Shown: piece after piece, positions 1-8,480 of the stretch
Numbering within the stretch: the first letter of the stretch is position 1
Layout: every line of letters begins with the position of its first letter
DNA from: Methanoregula sp.
GTDB taxonomy: Archaea; Halobacteriota; Methanomicrobia; Methanomicrobiales; Methanospirillaceae
Direction of reading: 5' to 3'
NCBI GenBank assembly: GCA_039698055.1
Contig: JBDKTL010000025.1
Coordinates: 1 to 38,644, forward strand
DNA length: 38,644 nt
Notes under the pieces: model-generated
The model's database searches: none
Seen by the model: the letters and a program-made list of their open reading frames with translations, nothing else
Told to the model about the DNA's origin: nothing
Program-made: the position numbers and the translations under genes

Positions 1-206
1 CGAAGTTCGGTAAACCGGGTTCCTTTGAGAGGATAATGATCCTTACCGCACCGTTTGCACCGAACCCTCGAACGTTTCAGATAGTAAAAATCCGGGGAAT
101 TGCATGATGGACATACTGGACCCCCCCGTTTTCTCCAGAGATATTCCAGGGAGTGTTGGTCTTCGGATACCAACCTCCCAATATCCCGAAAATTCATACT
201 TCTCAT
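1..206 (-). CDS. IS1595-family transposase, N-terminal fragment (not in ORF track)
   Basis: Manual translation: MRSMNFRDIGRLVSEDQHSLEYLWRKRGGPVCPSCNSPDFYYLKRSRVRCKRCGKDHYPLKGTRFTELR. The CPxC...CxxC Zn ribbon followed by GTxF is typical of IS1595 transposases. The frame runs off the window. Confidence 0.75.
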   Translation of the reverse strand, partial: MRSMNFRDIGRLVSEDQHSLEYLWRKRGGPVCPSCNSPDFYYLKRSRVRCKRCGKDHYPLKGTRFTEL

Positions 207-253
207 TTCATCCACCCTTCCTTTAGGTTAGTGGTGGACTTTACTCAATCACC
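1..253 (-). mobile_element. IS1595-family insertion sequence, left end (truncated by window edge)
   Basis: 28-bp terminal repeat at 226-253 (minus strand GGTGATTGAGTAAAGTCCACCACTAACC) directly upstream of a Zn-ribbon transposase start. The same terminus recurs at 10452-10479 (26/28 identical). Confidence 0.75.
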
Positions 254-258
254 AAAAA

Positions 259-990
259 TTATTCTGCTGGTTTTATGCTGTCGTATACTCTGGTCACATA
301 CCGTGCCTGGAAAACAGAAACCAGTGGCATAATGATGAGCAGCACGAGAACCAGTACAATGATCCATGCAAGGATGGCAACTGTACTTGCACCAAGTGCG
401 AACAGGGAAACTCCAGCGATAAGGACGAATGCAAATATCAGGATACCCACCGGAATGCCGATGACCAGTGCTACGATGATGAGGGCAAGAATATAATTGA
501 GCCACCCGATCTTCCCGATATATCCGATAATTTCACCGAAGTTGAACGCTTCAGAGAAACTGTTGGTGCGGGCAAAGCGTATCGAAGCAATGGGCACAAT
601 AATGGCGATTACAATCTCGATCACATACATAACTACCAGAAGGGCAAGGTTTGGTGCCCAGCCGGACATCATTGCCGGTCCCACGCGCGTAAAGTCCCCG
701 GACACGACGGCCATAATCATCCTGGCATAGATAATTATCCACAGGATAATAATCGGGATTGCATATATCAGTCCCACAATTATCAGTTTTATTCCATCCA
801 CAAACAAGGTGCCCCAGTTATCTACGTCTGGTGCTGGTTGTACACCGCGATAGATACGCATGACGTACCCGTTCAGGGGAATTCCAAGGCAGATGATCGC
901 AAGGATCAGTCTCAGCCATCGACCGGCATTCTTGAATATGCCATCTCTTGCATAAGCGAAGGCATCGTGTATCATTTCTCCGTAATCCAT
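259..990 (-). CDS. DUF4013-family membrane protein
   Basis: 243 aa. N-terminal MDYGEMIHDAFAY, GYVMRIYRG..P..DNWGTLFVDGIK motif and several TM helices. Confidence 0.85.
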   Translation of the reverse strand: MDYGEMIHDAFAYARDGIFKNAGRWLRLILAIICLGIPLNGYVMRIYRGVQPAPDVDNWGTLFVDGIKLIIVGLIYAIPIIILWIIIYARMIMAVVSGDFTRVGPAMMSGWAPNLALLVVMYVIEIVIAIIVPIASIRFARTNSFSEAFNFGEIIGYIGKIGWLNYILALIIVALVIGIPVGILIFAFVLIAGVSLFALGASTVAILAWIIVLVLVLLIIMPLVSVFQARYVTRVYDSIKPAE

Positions 991-1368
991 GGTGGTAACC
1001 TGTTGCTGGTATGAAGGATAACCAGGACGATATGCCCGGTTTTCTTCTGTAACGTTACGTTTTGCATGCTGTCATATTAATTTGTGGGCATCGGGTGTCC
1101 TTTTATTGTGCCTATAAACGGTAAACACGTCAGACCGGTCTGCTGTTTTCATCTAGTGACTGGATTTGGCGATTTGGGTCCCGAAAATGCCCGGATCCTC
1201 CTTGTTTTTTTATGCCGTTCTGCCGGATTACCGACAGCGAAATGACTCCTTGTATGATGAAATCCAAAAAACCCGTGAAGCGTTCGGACAAGAATTCCCA
1301 TGAATGCTATTACCATTGCTTCGTTCAAGAAAAAATCTCAGACAAGATATGGAACACCATAAAGGAGG

Positions 1369-1471
1369 ACTGATACCCTACATTGGAGGGGCTCCTTCGC
1401 GCCCGATGTGATTGCCTGTCGATCTGTGATGCTCATATTACACTGATACCCTACATTGGAGGGGCTCCTTC
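1369..1471. repeat. Two perfect 30-bp direct repeats separated by 43 bp
   Basis: ACTGATACCCTACATTGGAGGGGCTCCTTC at 1369-1398 and 1442-1471. Confidence 0.9.
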
Positions 1472-1495
1472 TCTGGCAGGAAATTAAAAGAAGTG

Positions 1496-1721
1496 GTACG
1501 ACCCCCCCCCAATATCTTGAGATTACGACGTATCATGCAAAAACGATGGGGGGGTCGCACAGGTACATTCCACAAGAACCAGATCCAACAATCCCTGCTA
1601 ACCCATCCTGCGGCGATCCTGATCCGGCTTACTTTTACACCGGTGATTCTATGAAAACTGATGAATTATGTCGACCCGGAACCACAACATGGAGGATCTC
1701 AATTGTACCTGTGTGACCCCC
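1496..1721. repeat. Nested inverted repeats (MITE/REP-like relic)
   Basis: GGGGGTCGCACAGGTACA (1550-1567) pairs with TGTACCTGTGTGACCCCC (1704-1721), 17/18. The 1548-1560 arm can alternatively pair with GTACGACCCCCCC at about 1496-1508. Confidence 0.7.
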
Positions 1722-1856
1722 TCCCTACCCCCTCGTACCGGTACAGGTTGAACCGGGTAGCTTGAGCCGGGTTGATGGTTCCAATCCGGGGGAACCTAAA
1801 CATAGCACGGATCTCGTGCAAAGAATATATCCCAAATCAATCGCAAACCCACAAGC

Positions 1857-1988
1857 ATGGAGAAACAGCAGATTATCGACCTGTTCAGTGCAGTAATCGC
1901 AGGAATAATTATCGGGCTTCTTATCGGGTGGGCTATCTGGCACGGCACCGGTGCCGATACCTGTCCCATGCCAGCAATCCAGACCTGA
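1857..1988 (+). CDS. Putative 43-aa single-pass membrane protein with glycine zipper (not in ORF track)
   Basis: MEKQQIIDLFSAVIAGIIIGLLIGWAIWHGTGADTCPMPAIQT*. TATA-like AATATAT about 27-33 nt upstream of the ATG. Confidence 0.5.
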   Translation: MEKQQIIDLFSAVIAGIIIGLLIGWAIWHGTGADTCPMPAIQT

Positions 1989-2155
1989 TGCGGATCAGGG
2001 ATAATCCTGACCCGGTCTTGGTCCCGGCCGCCAGATACACCTCTCCTGCAAGAAGGATTAAAATACACACTCTTTACCCCGTCTCTTTTTACTACAAGTC
2101 CGGTTCTGGCTTACAGTGTATGGGTGTCTGGCGATACCGGTCTCCGCCACATGGA

Positions 2156-2812
2156 TCAACCGGTGATGAAGGCCTTGCCAATGATCCGGCAGAGGCGGTT
2201 ACTCTCTGCAAGATAGCGTGGCGTTTCCCGGAGGATCTTCTCCTGCCTGAAACGTGTGAGATCCCTGCACCAGTCCTGTATGATCGGGGCGGTCAGTTCG
2301 ACATGGAACTGCAGCCCAAGCGCCGTCTTGTATGCAAATGCCTGGTTCCTAACCGTATCACCCGTGCAGAGGAGGCGCCCTTTATACGGGATTTCAAACG
2401 TCTCCCCGTGGAGCTGGAAGACGGTGAACCGATCCGGGAATTGTGAAAATGCGCCCTCCTTGACGGGTTCGCACCGTACCGGGCACCAGCCGGTTTCCCG
2501 TATAAAGGGGTAGACTTTTGCGCCGAACGCTGATGCAATGAGCTGGGCGCCAAGACAAACACCCAGAACCTTCTGGTGGTGGCAAACGGCCCTGCGGATC
2601 AGCGCTTTTTCTTCTGCCAGCCACGGGTAGACCGGGTCGTCATTCACGCTCATTGGCCCGCCAAGAAAAATAAAATGCGTCGCGTCAGTCTCCCGAAGTT
2701 CGTTTGTCTCATACAACCGGATATATTCAAGCGGGATGCCCTGCTCTGCAAAAAATGATGCCAGAAAACCCGTGGGTTCCCGTTTGACATGCTGGAATAT
2801 GGCGATCTTCAT
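2156..2812 (-). CDS. Class I glutamine amidotransferase (GMP-synthase-like GATase domain)
   Basis: LGGPMSVND, nucleophile GVCLGAQL and LQFHVE (Cys-His-Glu triad). Likely start is MKIAIFQH at 2812; ORF track gives 2836. Confidence 0.9.
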   Translation of the reverse strand: MKIAIFQHVKREPTGFLASFFAEQGIPLEYIRLYETNELRETDATHFIFLGGPMSVNDDPVYPWLAEEKALIRRAVCHHQKVLGVCLGAQLIASAFGAKVYPFIRETGWCPVRCEPVKEGAFSQFPDRFTVFQLHGETFEIPYKGRLLCTGDTVRNQAFAYKTALGLQFHVELTAPIIQDWCRDLTRFRQEKILRETPRYLAESNRLCRIIGKAFITG

Positions 2813-2923
2813 ACCCATATACAGGGATTTTGTCATTTTTTTAACAATAATGTGTTGGTAAAAAATGTTGGTTGCCGTTTCTGATCCGTGAAACCGGGCA
2901 GAACTACTTTAAGAATAACCCCT

Positions 2924-3574
2924 CTATTTTTGATCCATCGCGTGAGTATTCCGGAAGCGGATCAGTTCGTCGCAGAACTCTCCCAGGTACTCCTCCATCG
3001 AGAGGCTTCCTTCCTGGAATGCACACTCCTCCTCTTCGATGATCTTGTTGATCATATTCCGGGTGGGCAGGATGATATCGAGGGGTACGCCTGCTTTTTC
3101 TGAACCCTGGATGAGGGCTTCGCGGAAGACGCCGAGGCAGTACCCGATACGGTATGTGTAGATGTCCCGTGTCTTTTCGAGATACCCGGCAACCCGGTCG
3201 GTTTCGATGCGGAGGAAATCCTCCAGCACCTGTTTGTCCTTGCATTTCCCGAGCATGTATTTGTAATGGGCATACGGGTACATCATCTCCAGCTCGGAAG
3301 GAACAATCCCACACGTGCCAAAGATCACGATATGGTACTGCGAAGGTTCGAGAACCTGCGAGATGACCATACGGATGAGCTGGTGGCTGGGGCTTGAGCT
3401 GTAGGGTTTGCGTACCGCACAGGGCATGAAGATCGCAATCTGCCGTGGTGTAACTTCATATTCGTCAATGATATACCGGTACGACTTTTCAAATGCCTCA
3501 AGGTAGAACGGGGGATCGGTCAGGAACGGTTTATCAATTGTGCCTGCTGGATCTGGCTTGTCCTGTTCGCCCAT
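2924..3574 (-). CDS. DUF5591 / archaeosine synthase ArcS-motif stand-alone protein
   Basis: PCAVRKPYSSSPSH matches the PCx3KPYx2Sx2H signature, followed by GIVPSELEMMYPYAHY. No TGT barrel or PUA domain. Confidence 0.75.
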   Translation of the reverse strand: MGEQDKPDPAGTIDKPFLTDPPFYLEAFEKSYRYIIDEYEVTPRQIAIFMPCAVRKPYSSSPSHQLIRMVISQVLEPSQYHIVIFGTCGIVPSELEMMYPYAHYKYMLGKCKDKQVLEDFLRIETDRVAGYLEKTRDIYTYRIGYCLGVFREALIQGSEKAGVPLDIILPTRNMINKIIEEEECAFQEGSLSMEEYLGEFCDELIRFRNTHAMDQK

Positions 3575-3739
3575 AGGTGTTCCATATCAGATCGCCCCGG
3601 TGATACAAGAAACAATCGCCATGCCCGAATCCTGCGTTCAGACGCCTGGTTCTCATGAAACGAAGATTCCTAATAGTTTTTCGCGGAGAATAATCCGCAA
3701 ACTATTCAAGATGCAAAGTGTGATATTTCCCTCTAACGA

Positions 3740-4321
3740 GTGTGGTTTTCTATAGGATCGGAACTTCTGGGGGTACTCTTTGTGACCCTGCTCATTTTTG
3801 TCGCCCGGATTATTGAGGCAAGCCTTGAAACGGTGCGAACGATCTATATCAGCAAAGGTCACGGGGATCTTGCTGCCTACGTCGGGATTATCAAGACCGG
3901 TATCTGGCTGCTCTCAACCGGGCTTGTCCTGACAAACCTGAGCAATTATTGGAATATCGTTATGTATCTCGCTGGTTATGGTATCGGGACGGTGTTTGGC
4001 ATGCATATTGAGAATCTGATCTCAATTGGGAATGTCATCGTCCGGCTCATTACACCGGCAGATCCCTTGCCAATGATCACCAGTCTTTCCACACTCGGCT
4101 ATGGTATGACAAGAATCGAAGGGACAGGGAGTTTTTCAAATCCCGTTAATATCATTTTCATGATCGTTCCCCGGACAGAACTCTCCCGTCTGATGGGAAT
4201 AATATCCCGTGAATACCCGGATGTGTTGTACACTATCGAGGATGTACGCACAACAAAGGATGGGGCACGGATCTTCTACAAGGATCCAAAAAGCAGAATT
4301 CCTGATTTTTTCGGTATGTAA
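3740..4321 (+). CDS. DUF2179/DUF5698 (YebE-like) membrane protein
   Basis: IFVARII..SL.TVRTI motif, three TM helices, GYGIGT..G, and a C-terminal ACT/PII-like domain (GYGMTRIEG.G ... TIEDVR). Confidence 0.8.
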   Translation: MWFSIGSELLGVLFVTLLIFVARIIEASLETVRTIYISKGHGDLAAYVGIIKTGIWLLSTGLVLTNLSNYWNIVMYLAGYGIGTVFGMHIENLISIGNVIVRLITPADPLPMITSLSTLGYGMTRIEGTGSFSNPVNIIFMIVPRTELSRLMGIISREYPDVLYTIEDVRTTKDGARIFYKDPKSRIPDFFGM

Positions 4322-4359
4322 AAAGTTTTTTGGAGCGCCTGCTATCACCCCACGCATAT

Positions 4360-4387
4360 GGTTCGTGGTGGACGTCCCGCAACCCCC
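4360..4387. repeat. Degenerate solo copy of the IS1595-type terminal repeat
   Basis: GGTTCGTGGTGGACGTCCCGCAACCCCC is 21/28 identical to 226-253. Confidence 0.5.
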
Positions 4388-4474
4388 CTCTAAAAAAATC
4401 AGCAAAATTTCACTAAAACCTGCCCCCAAGGATACTTCTATTATCATCCAGCTCTTCATCTCTTCCTGAGAGGA

Positions 4475-4948
4475 GTGCAATTGAACCAGAAAAATACCGC
4501 CAACCAACCAGAGAAAATCCCGATCTTTCACGCAGACACCGGAAACGTTGAGGATATGGCGCCGGTAGAAAAAACCGATGATGAATGGCAGGCGCAACTC
4601 ACACCCGAACAATTCGATGTGGCACGAAAGCAGGGCACCGATTACGCGTTCACCGGGAAATACCATGACTGCAAGGCTCACGGGATCTACCGGTGCGCCT
4701 GCTGTAGCACCGACCTGTTTTTATCGGAGACAAAATTTGATTCAGGCACCGGCTGGCCCAGTTTCTTTGCCCCGGTTTCCCCGCTCAATATCCGGAACGT
4801 GACCGATGTCTCGGCAGGGATGAGCCGGACGGAAGTCCAGTGTGCCCGGTGCGGGGCGCATCTCGGCCATGTCTTTGATGACGGCCCGTTGCCTTCCGGG
4901 AAACGCTACTGCATGAACTCCGCCGCTCTCGTGTTTGAAAAACAATAA
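4475..4948 (+). CDS. msrB: Peptide-methionine (R)-S-oxide reductase
   Basis: KFDSGTGWPSF, HLGHVFDDGP and RYCMNS motifs, two CxxC Zn pairs. GTG start after GAGGA. Confidence 0.95.
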   Translation: MQLNQKNTANQPEKIPIFHADTGNVEDMAPVEKTDDEWQAQLTPEQFDVARKQGTDYAFTGKYHDCKAHGIYRCACCSTDLFLSETKFDSGTGWPSFFAPVSPLNIRNVTDVSAGMSRTEVQCARCGAHLGHVFDDGPLPSGKRYCMNSAALVFEKQ

Positions 4949-4997
4949 GCAGATTTCAATAGCCGGATTCACCCACTATACCTCAAACGTGATGACC

Positions 4998-6125
4998 ATG
5001 CTGTACCGAAAGATGAAAAAGGCAGACCGGAAACTCTCCATTCTCGGTTTTGGATGCATGCGTTTGCCCCAGACGCTGGATTGTCATATCGACGAACCAC
5101 AAGCCACGGAGATGGTACGCTACGCCATCGACCGGGGCGTGAACTACATCGACACCGCGTATGTGTACCATAACGGTGAGAGCGAGCCGTTTCTTGGCCG
5201 GGCGCTTGCTGACGGGTACCGGGAAAAAGTCAGTCTCGCGACAAAACTTCCGGTCTTTAACGTGGAGACGCGTGAGGATATGGACCGGCTGCTCGATGAA
5301 CAGCTCAGGCGCCTCAATACCGATCATATCGATTTCTATCTCCTCCACGGGCTGACCGGCAGGACGTGGGACACTGCACAGGAATTGCATGTCACGGAAT
5401 TTCTCGACCAGATCATTGCCGATGGCAGGGTTCGTCATGTCGGGTTCTCGTTCCATGATGAGGTTAATCTCTTCAAAGGGATTGTCGATGCCTATGATTG
5501 GACATTCTGCCAGATCCAGTACAACTACATGGATGGGGAGTACCAGGCAGGAACCACGGGGCTGAACTATGCGGTAGAAAAAGGTCTGGGAATTGTCATC
5601 ATGGAACCGCTCCGCGGCGGACTTCTTGCCCGGGAAAACGGCGAGATTAAAAAAACATGGGCATCCACCGGTCTCTCTCGCACGCCGGCAGAATGGGGAT
5701 TGCGGTGGCTCTGGAACAAACCGGAGATCAGCGTCGTCCTTTCCGGCATGAGCACGATGGCACAGGTTCGGGATAACGTTAAGTATGCAAATGACGGGAA
5801 ACCCGGATCACTTACTTCAGATGAGCTCGCTGTATACGATACGGTCAAAACCGTCTATCGCGAAAGAATGAAAGTGCCCTGCACCCAGTGCCGTTACTGT
5901 ATACCCTGTCCGGGAGGTATTAAGATCCCGGAATGTTTCGCCGCATTCAACGATGCCGCAATGTATCATGATACCGCTGCTGCGAAATTCAGTTACGATG
6001 TGTTCATCGGCAGCTGTGGCGATGCTTCCGCCTGCCAGGAATGTGGGGTCTGTGAAAGCCTCTGCCCCCAGAAGATCGAGATCCGTAAACGACTCAAAGA
6101 TGTTGTACAGCTGTTCGGGCACTGA
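4998..6125 (+). CDS. Aldo/keto reductase with C-terminal 4Fe-4S dicluster domain
   Basis: LGFGCMRLP, GVNYIDTAYVY, DFYLLH, MEPLRGG, then CxxCxxCxxC and CxxCxxCxxxCP. Likely start MLYRKM at 4998. Confidence 0.9.
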   Translation: MLYRKMKKADRKLSILGFGCMRLPQTLDCHIDEPQATEMVRYAIDRGVNYIDTAYVYHNGESEPFLGRALADGYREKVSLATKLPVFNVETREDMDRLLDEQLRRLNTDHIDFYLLHGLTGRTWDTAQELHVTEFLDQIIADGRVRHVGFSFHDEVNLFKGIVDAYDWTFCQIQYNYMDGEYQAGTTGLNYAVEKGLGIVIMEPLRGGLLARENGEIKKTWASTGLSRTPAEWGLRWLWNKPEISVVLSGMSTMAQVRDNVKYANDGKPGSLTSDELAVYDTVKTVYRERMKVPCTQCRYCIPCPGGIKIPECFAAFNDAAMYHDTAAAKFSYDVFIGSCGDASACQECGVCESLCPQKIEIRKRLKDVVQLFGH

Positions 6126-6153
6126 CATAAATTTAAGGAGAAGGTGATACTTT

Positions 6154-7056
6154 TTGCGTATCGGATACCCGTGCATCAACCGTTCAATCGGGTGCAGTCC
6201 GTCCGGTACGTTCCGTCTCGCTTCATACACTGAAGCCCGGCTCCGCACGACCGTTGCCGGTAACCTTGCCTGCCTTGAAAAAATCCTTTCCTATAACCAC
6301 AGTAACGGGTTCCTGTTTTTCAGGATTACGTCCGATCTCATACCGTTTGCCTCCCATCCGGTCTGCCGGTTTGTGTGGCAGGAATATTTCTCAAAAGATT
6401 TCAAACGGCTGGGAACCATCATCCGCCAGAATCAGTGCCGGGTATCGATGCACCCGAATCAGTTTGTGCTGCTCAACGCTCCCCGTGAGGATATCGTCGG
6501 GCGGAGCATTGCCGAACTGGAATACCATGCCTCGGTTCTCGATCTCATGGGCCTGGATACAATGGCTAAAATTCAGATCCATGTCGGTGGTGTCTATGGC
6601 GATAAGGACGCCGCCATCGGGCGATTTGTCGAAATATATCAGGTGCTCGACCCTGCGATCCGCAGGCGCCTTGTCATCGAGAACGATGAACGGTTGTATA
6701 CGGTTTCAGACTGCCTGCAGATCAGCCGGGAGACCGGTGTTCCGGTACTGTTCGATGTGTTCCACCACGCCCTGAATAATCACGGCGAGTGTATAGATGA
6801 ACTCATCGACCGGATCAGTGAAACATGGAAACCCGCCGATGGTCTCATGATGGTTGATTACAGTTCGCAACAACCGGGGAAACGCGTGGGAGCTCACGCT
6901 GAAACAATCGATCCCGGTGATTTCTCCCGGTTCCTCTACGTGACCAGATCCCACGATATGGATATTATGCTTGAGATCAAGGATAAGGAAAAAAGTGCCC
7001 GTACAGCACTGCAATCTGCTGCCGGAGATCCCCGGCTGGTTATTCCGATTTCATAA
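6154..7056 (+). CDS. uvsE: UV DNA damage endonuclease
   Basis: RIGYPCIN, FFRITSDLIPFASHP, SMHP.QF, IHVGGVYG, IENDE, FDVFHH, MLEIKDKE. TTG start with AGGTGA RBS. Confidence 0.93.
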   Translation: MRIGYPCINRSIGCSPSGTFRLASYTEARLRTTVAGNLACLEKILSYNHSNGFLFFRITSDLIPFASHPVCRFVWQEYFSKDFKRLGTIIRQNQCRVSMHPNQFVLLNAPREDIVGRSIAELEYHASVLDLMGLDTMAKIQIHVGGVYGDKDAAIGRFVEIYQVLDPAIRRRLVIENDERLYTVSDCLQISRETGVPVLFDVFHHALNNHGECIDELIDRISETWKPADGLMMVDYSSQQPGKRVGAHAETIDPGDFSRFLYVTRSHDMDIMLEIKDKEKSARTALQSAAGDPRLVIPIS

Positions 7057-7101
7057 CATCCGCGATCTTATCAGGAAGAAGTACCTATTTTACCGGTATT
7101 C

Positions 7102-7662
7102 ATGGATTTCCTGACTCCGCTGCTTATCGGTATCGGCCTTTCGATGGATTGCCTTGCGGTATCGCTTGCTATCGGTGCAACTACCAGGACGCGGCTGGTA
7201 CAAGCGGCGGTAATTATTGCAGCGTCTTTTGGAATCTTCCAGGGGGGTATGACGATAATCGGGTGGCTGGCAGGGTCATCGTTTATTGATCTGATCTCTG
7301 CCTATGATCACTGGATTGCGTTCCTGCTCCTCCTGGTTATCGGCATAAAGATGATTTGGGAGGGAATTACCGGCGATGCAAATGAAGCACCGATCGAAAC
7401 CATCCGCTTCGTCCCGGTGATTGTCCTGTCGGTTGCCACAAGCATCGACGCCCTCGCAGTCGGGGTTTCGTTTGGGGTACTCCAGACCGCAGTGTTCCTC
7501 CCCTCCCTGATCATCGGTGTCGTATCGTTTTTCCTATCGTTTTGCGGTGTGATGCTTGGCGAACGGCTGGAAAAGATTCTCGGTACCAAAACAGAGATCG
7601 CCGGTGGCCTTATTCTTGTCCTGATTGGCATCCGGATTCTCGCAACGCATGTATTCGTATAA
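7102..7662 (+). CDS. mntP: Manganese efflux pump MntP
   Basis: Duplicated LSMD.LAVS and ATSIDALAVG motifs, DHWIAF, six TM helices. Confidence 0.9.
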   Translation: MDFLTPLLIGIGLSMDCLAVSLAIGATTRTRLVQAAVIIAASFGIFQGGMTIIGWLAGSSFIDLISAYDHWIAFLLLLVIGIKMIWEGITGDANEAPIETIRFVPVIVLSVATSIDALAVGVSFGVLQTAVFLPSLIIGVVSFFLSFCGVMLGERLEKILGTKTEIAGGLILVLIGIRILATHVFV

Positions 7663-7803
7663 CTTGTTTTATACAGTCAGCGTCAGATCTCTTTTGGCTG
7701 GCACCGGTTCATGCTGCACAGGAACGCACATGAGCTTGGAGAAAAATTCTCTTGAGAAATTAAAAAAAATAAAATACCGGATGCAGGAAGCATCCAAAAA
7801 AAA

Positions 7804-8259
7804 TTACCAGGCTTCGGGGAAGGCCATCTCAACGTAGAGATCTTCCAGCCGGGTCTTGTGTCCCCGTTCCATGGTTGCAAGCTGGGAAAACAGCAGTTTC
7901 TGCTCGGTATCTGTTGAAAGATTTGCAAGCTGGGTGTACATCTGCATCGCTTCAAGTTCCTTCTTGATGGCAATTACGAGTCCGTCAATGGGTTTCAGGT
8001 CTGCCGTCAGTGCTGGTGCCGGGAGGGCGTCTCCAACCTTGTAATCACTCTTTGGATCAAAGTGCATCGATGAAACATTTTTTGTGAGCATGCCCTGCAA
8101 AAACTCACGGTGCTGTTTCTCTTCCCCGGCAAGTTCGGTGAAAAGTGATTTCAATACTTTGTCCTTCACCTTTTCTGAGATCGTACGGTAAAAAGTGTAT
8201 GCCTCGACTTCCCTGTCAATGGCCAGTGAAATGATCTTTTTTGCATCGTCTGCTTTCAT
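7804..8259 (-). CDS. Ferritin/rubrerythrin-like di-iron protein (no rubredoxin domain)
   Basis: Twin E...FY...EExH and E...MY...ExxH four-helix-bundle motifs. Confidence 0.85.
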   Translation of the reverse strand: MKADDAKKIISLAIDREVEAYTFYRTISEKVKDKVLKSLFTELAGEEKQHREFLQGMLTKNVSSMHFDPKSDYKVGDALPAPALTADLKPIDGLVIAIKKELEAMQMYTQLANLSTDTEQKLLFSQLATMERGHKTRLEDLYVEMAFPEAW

Positions 8260-8480
8260 TTCTCTCTTCCTCCATTTGATAATAATTGCAAATGGCCGTA
8301 TATAAGGTCATTGGTTTTGCCACTCATAGGTGGGAGATATCCCAAATCAAGCATCATTTGAAGGAGTAAGCAGTACTCCCTCACTAGTCTTCGACACCGG
8401 TGGGATGCGGACAAAAATATCCCGGGGTTTTATCAACCGGTGAAAATGTATATGTACACACATAACGGGTGAATGAAACC

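Noticed and set aside
1254-1373. 39-aa ORF MMKSKKPVKRSDKNSHECYYHCFVQEKISDKIWNTIKED ending inside the first 30-bp repeat
   Set aside because: No RBS or recognisable family, and the length is compatible with chance.
1369-1471. Bona fide CRISPR array
   Set aside because: Only two repeats, no cas genes, no typical repeat terminus, and embedded among MITE-like repeats. Kept only as a repeat and a finding.
1456-2446. ORF-track ORFs 1456-1716 and 1772-2446
   Set aside because: They run through repeats or antisense to the GATase, have atypical composition and show no motifs.
7057-7101. yybP-ykoY Mn riboswitch before mntP
   Set aside because: The gap is only 45 bp and no aptamer features are visible.
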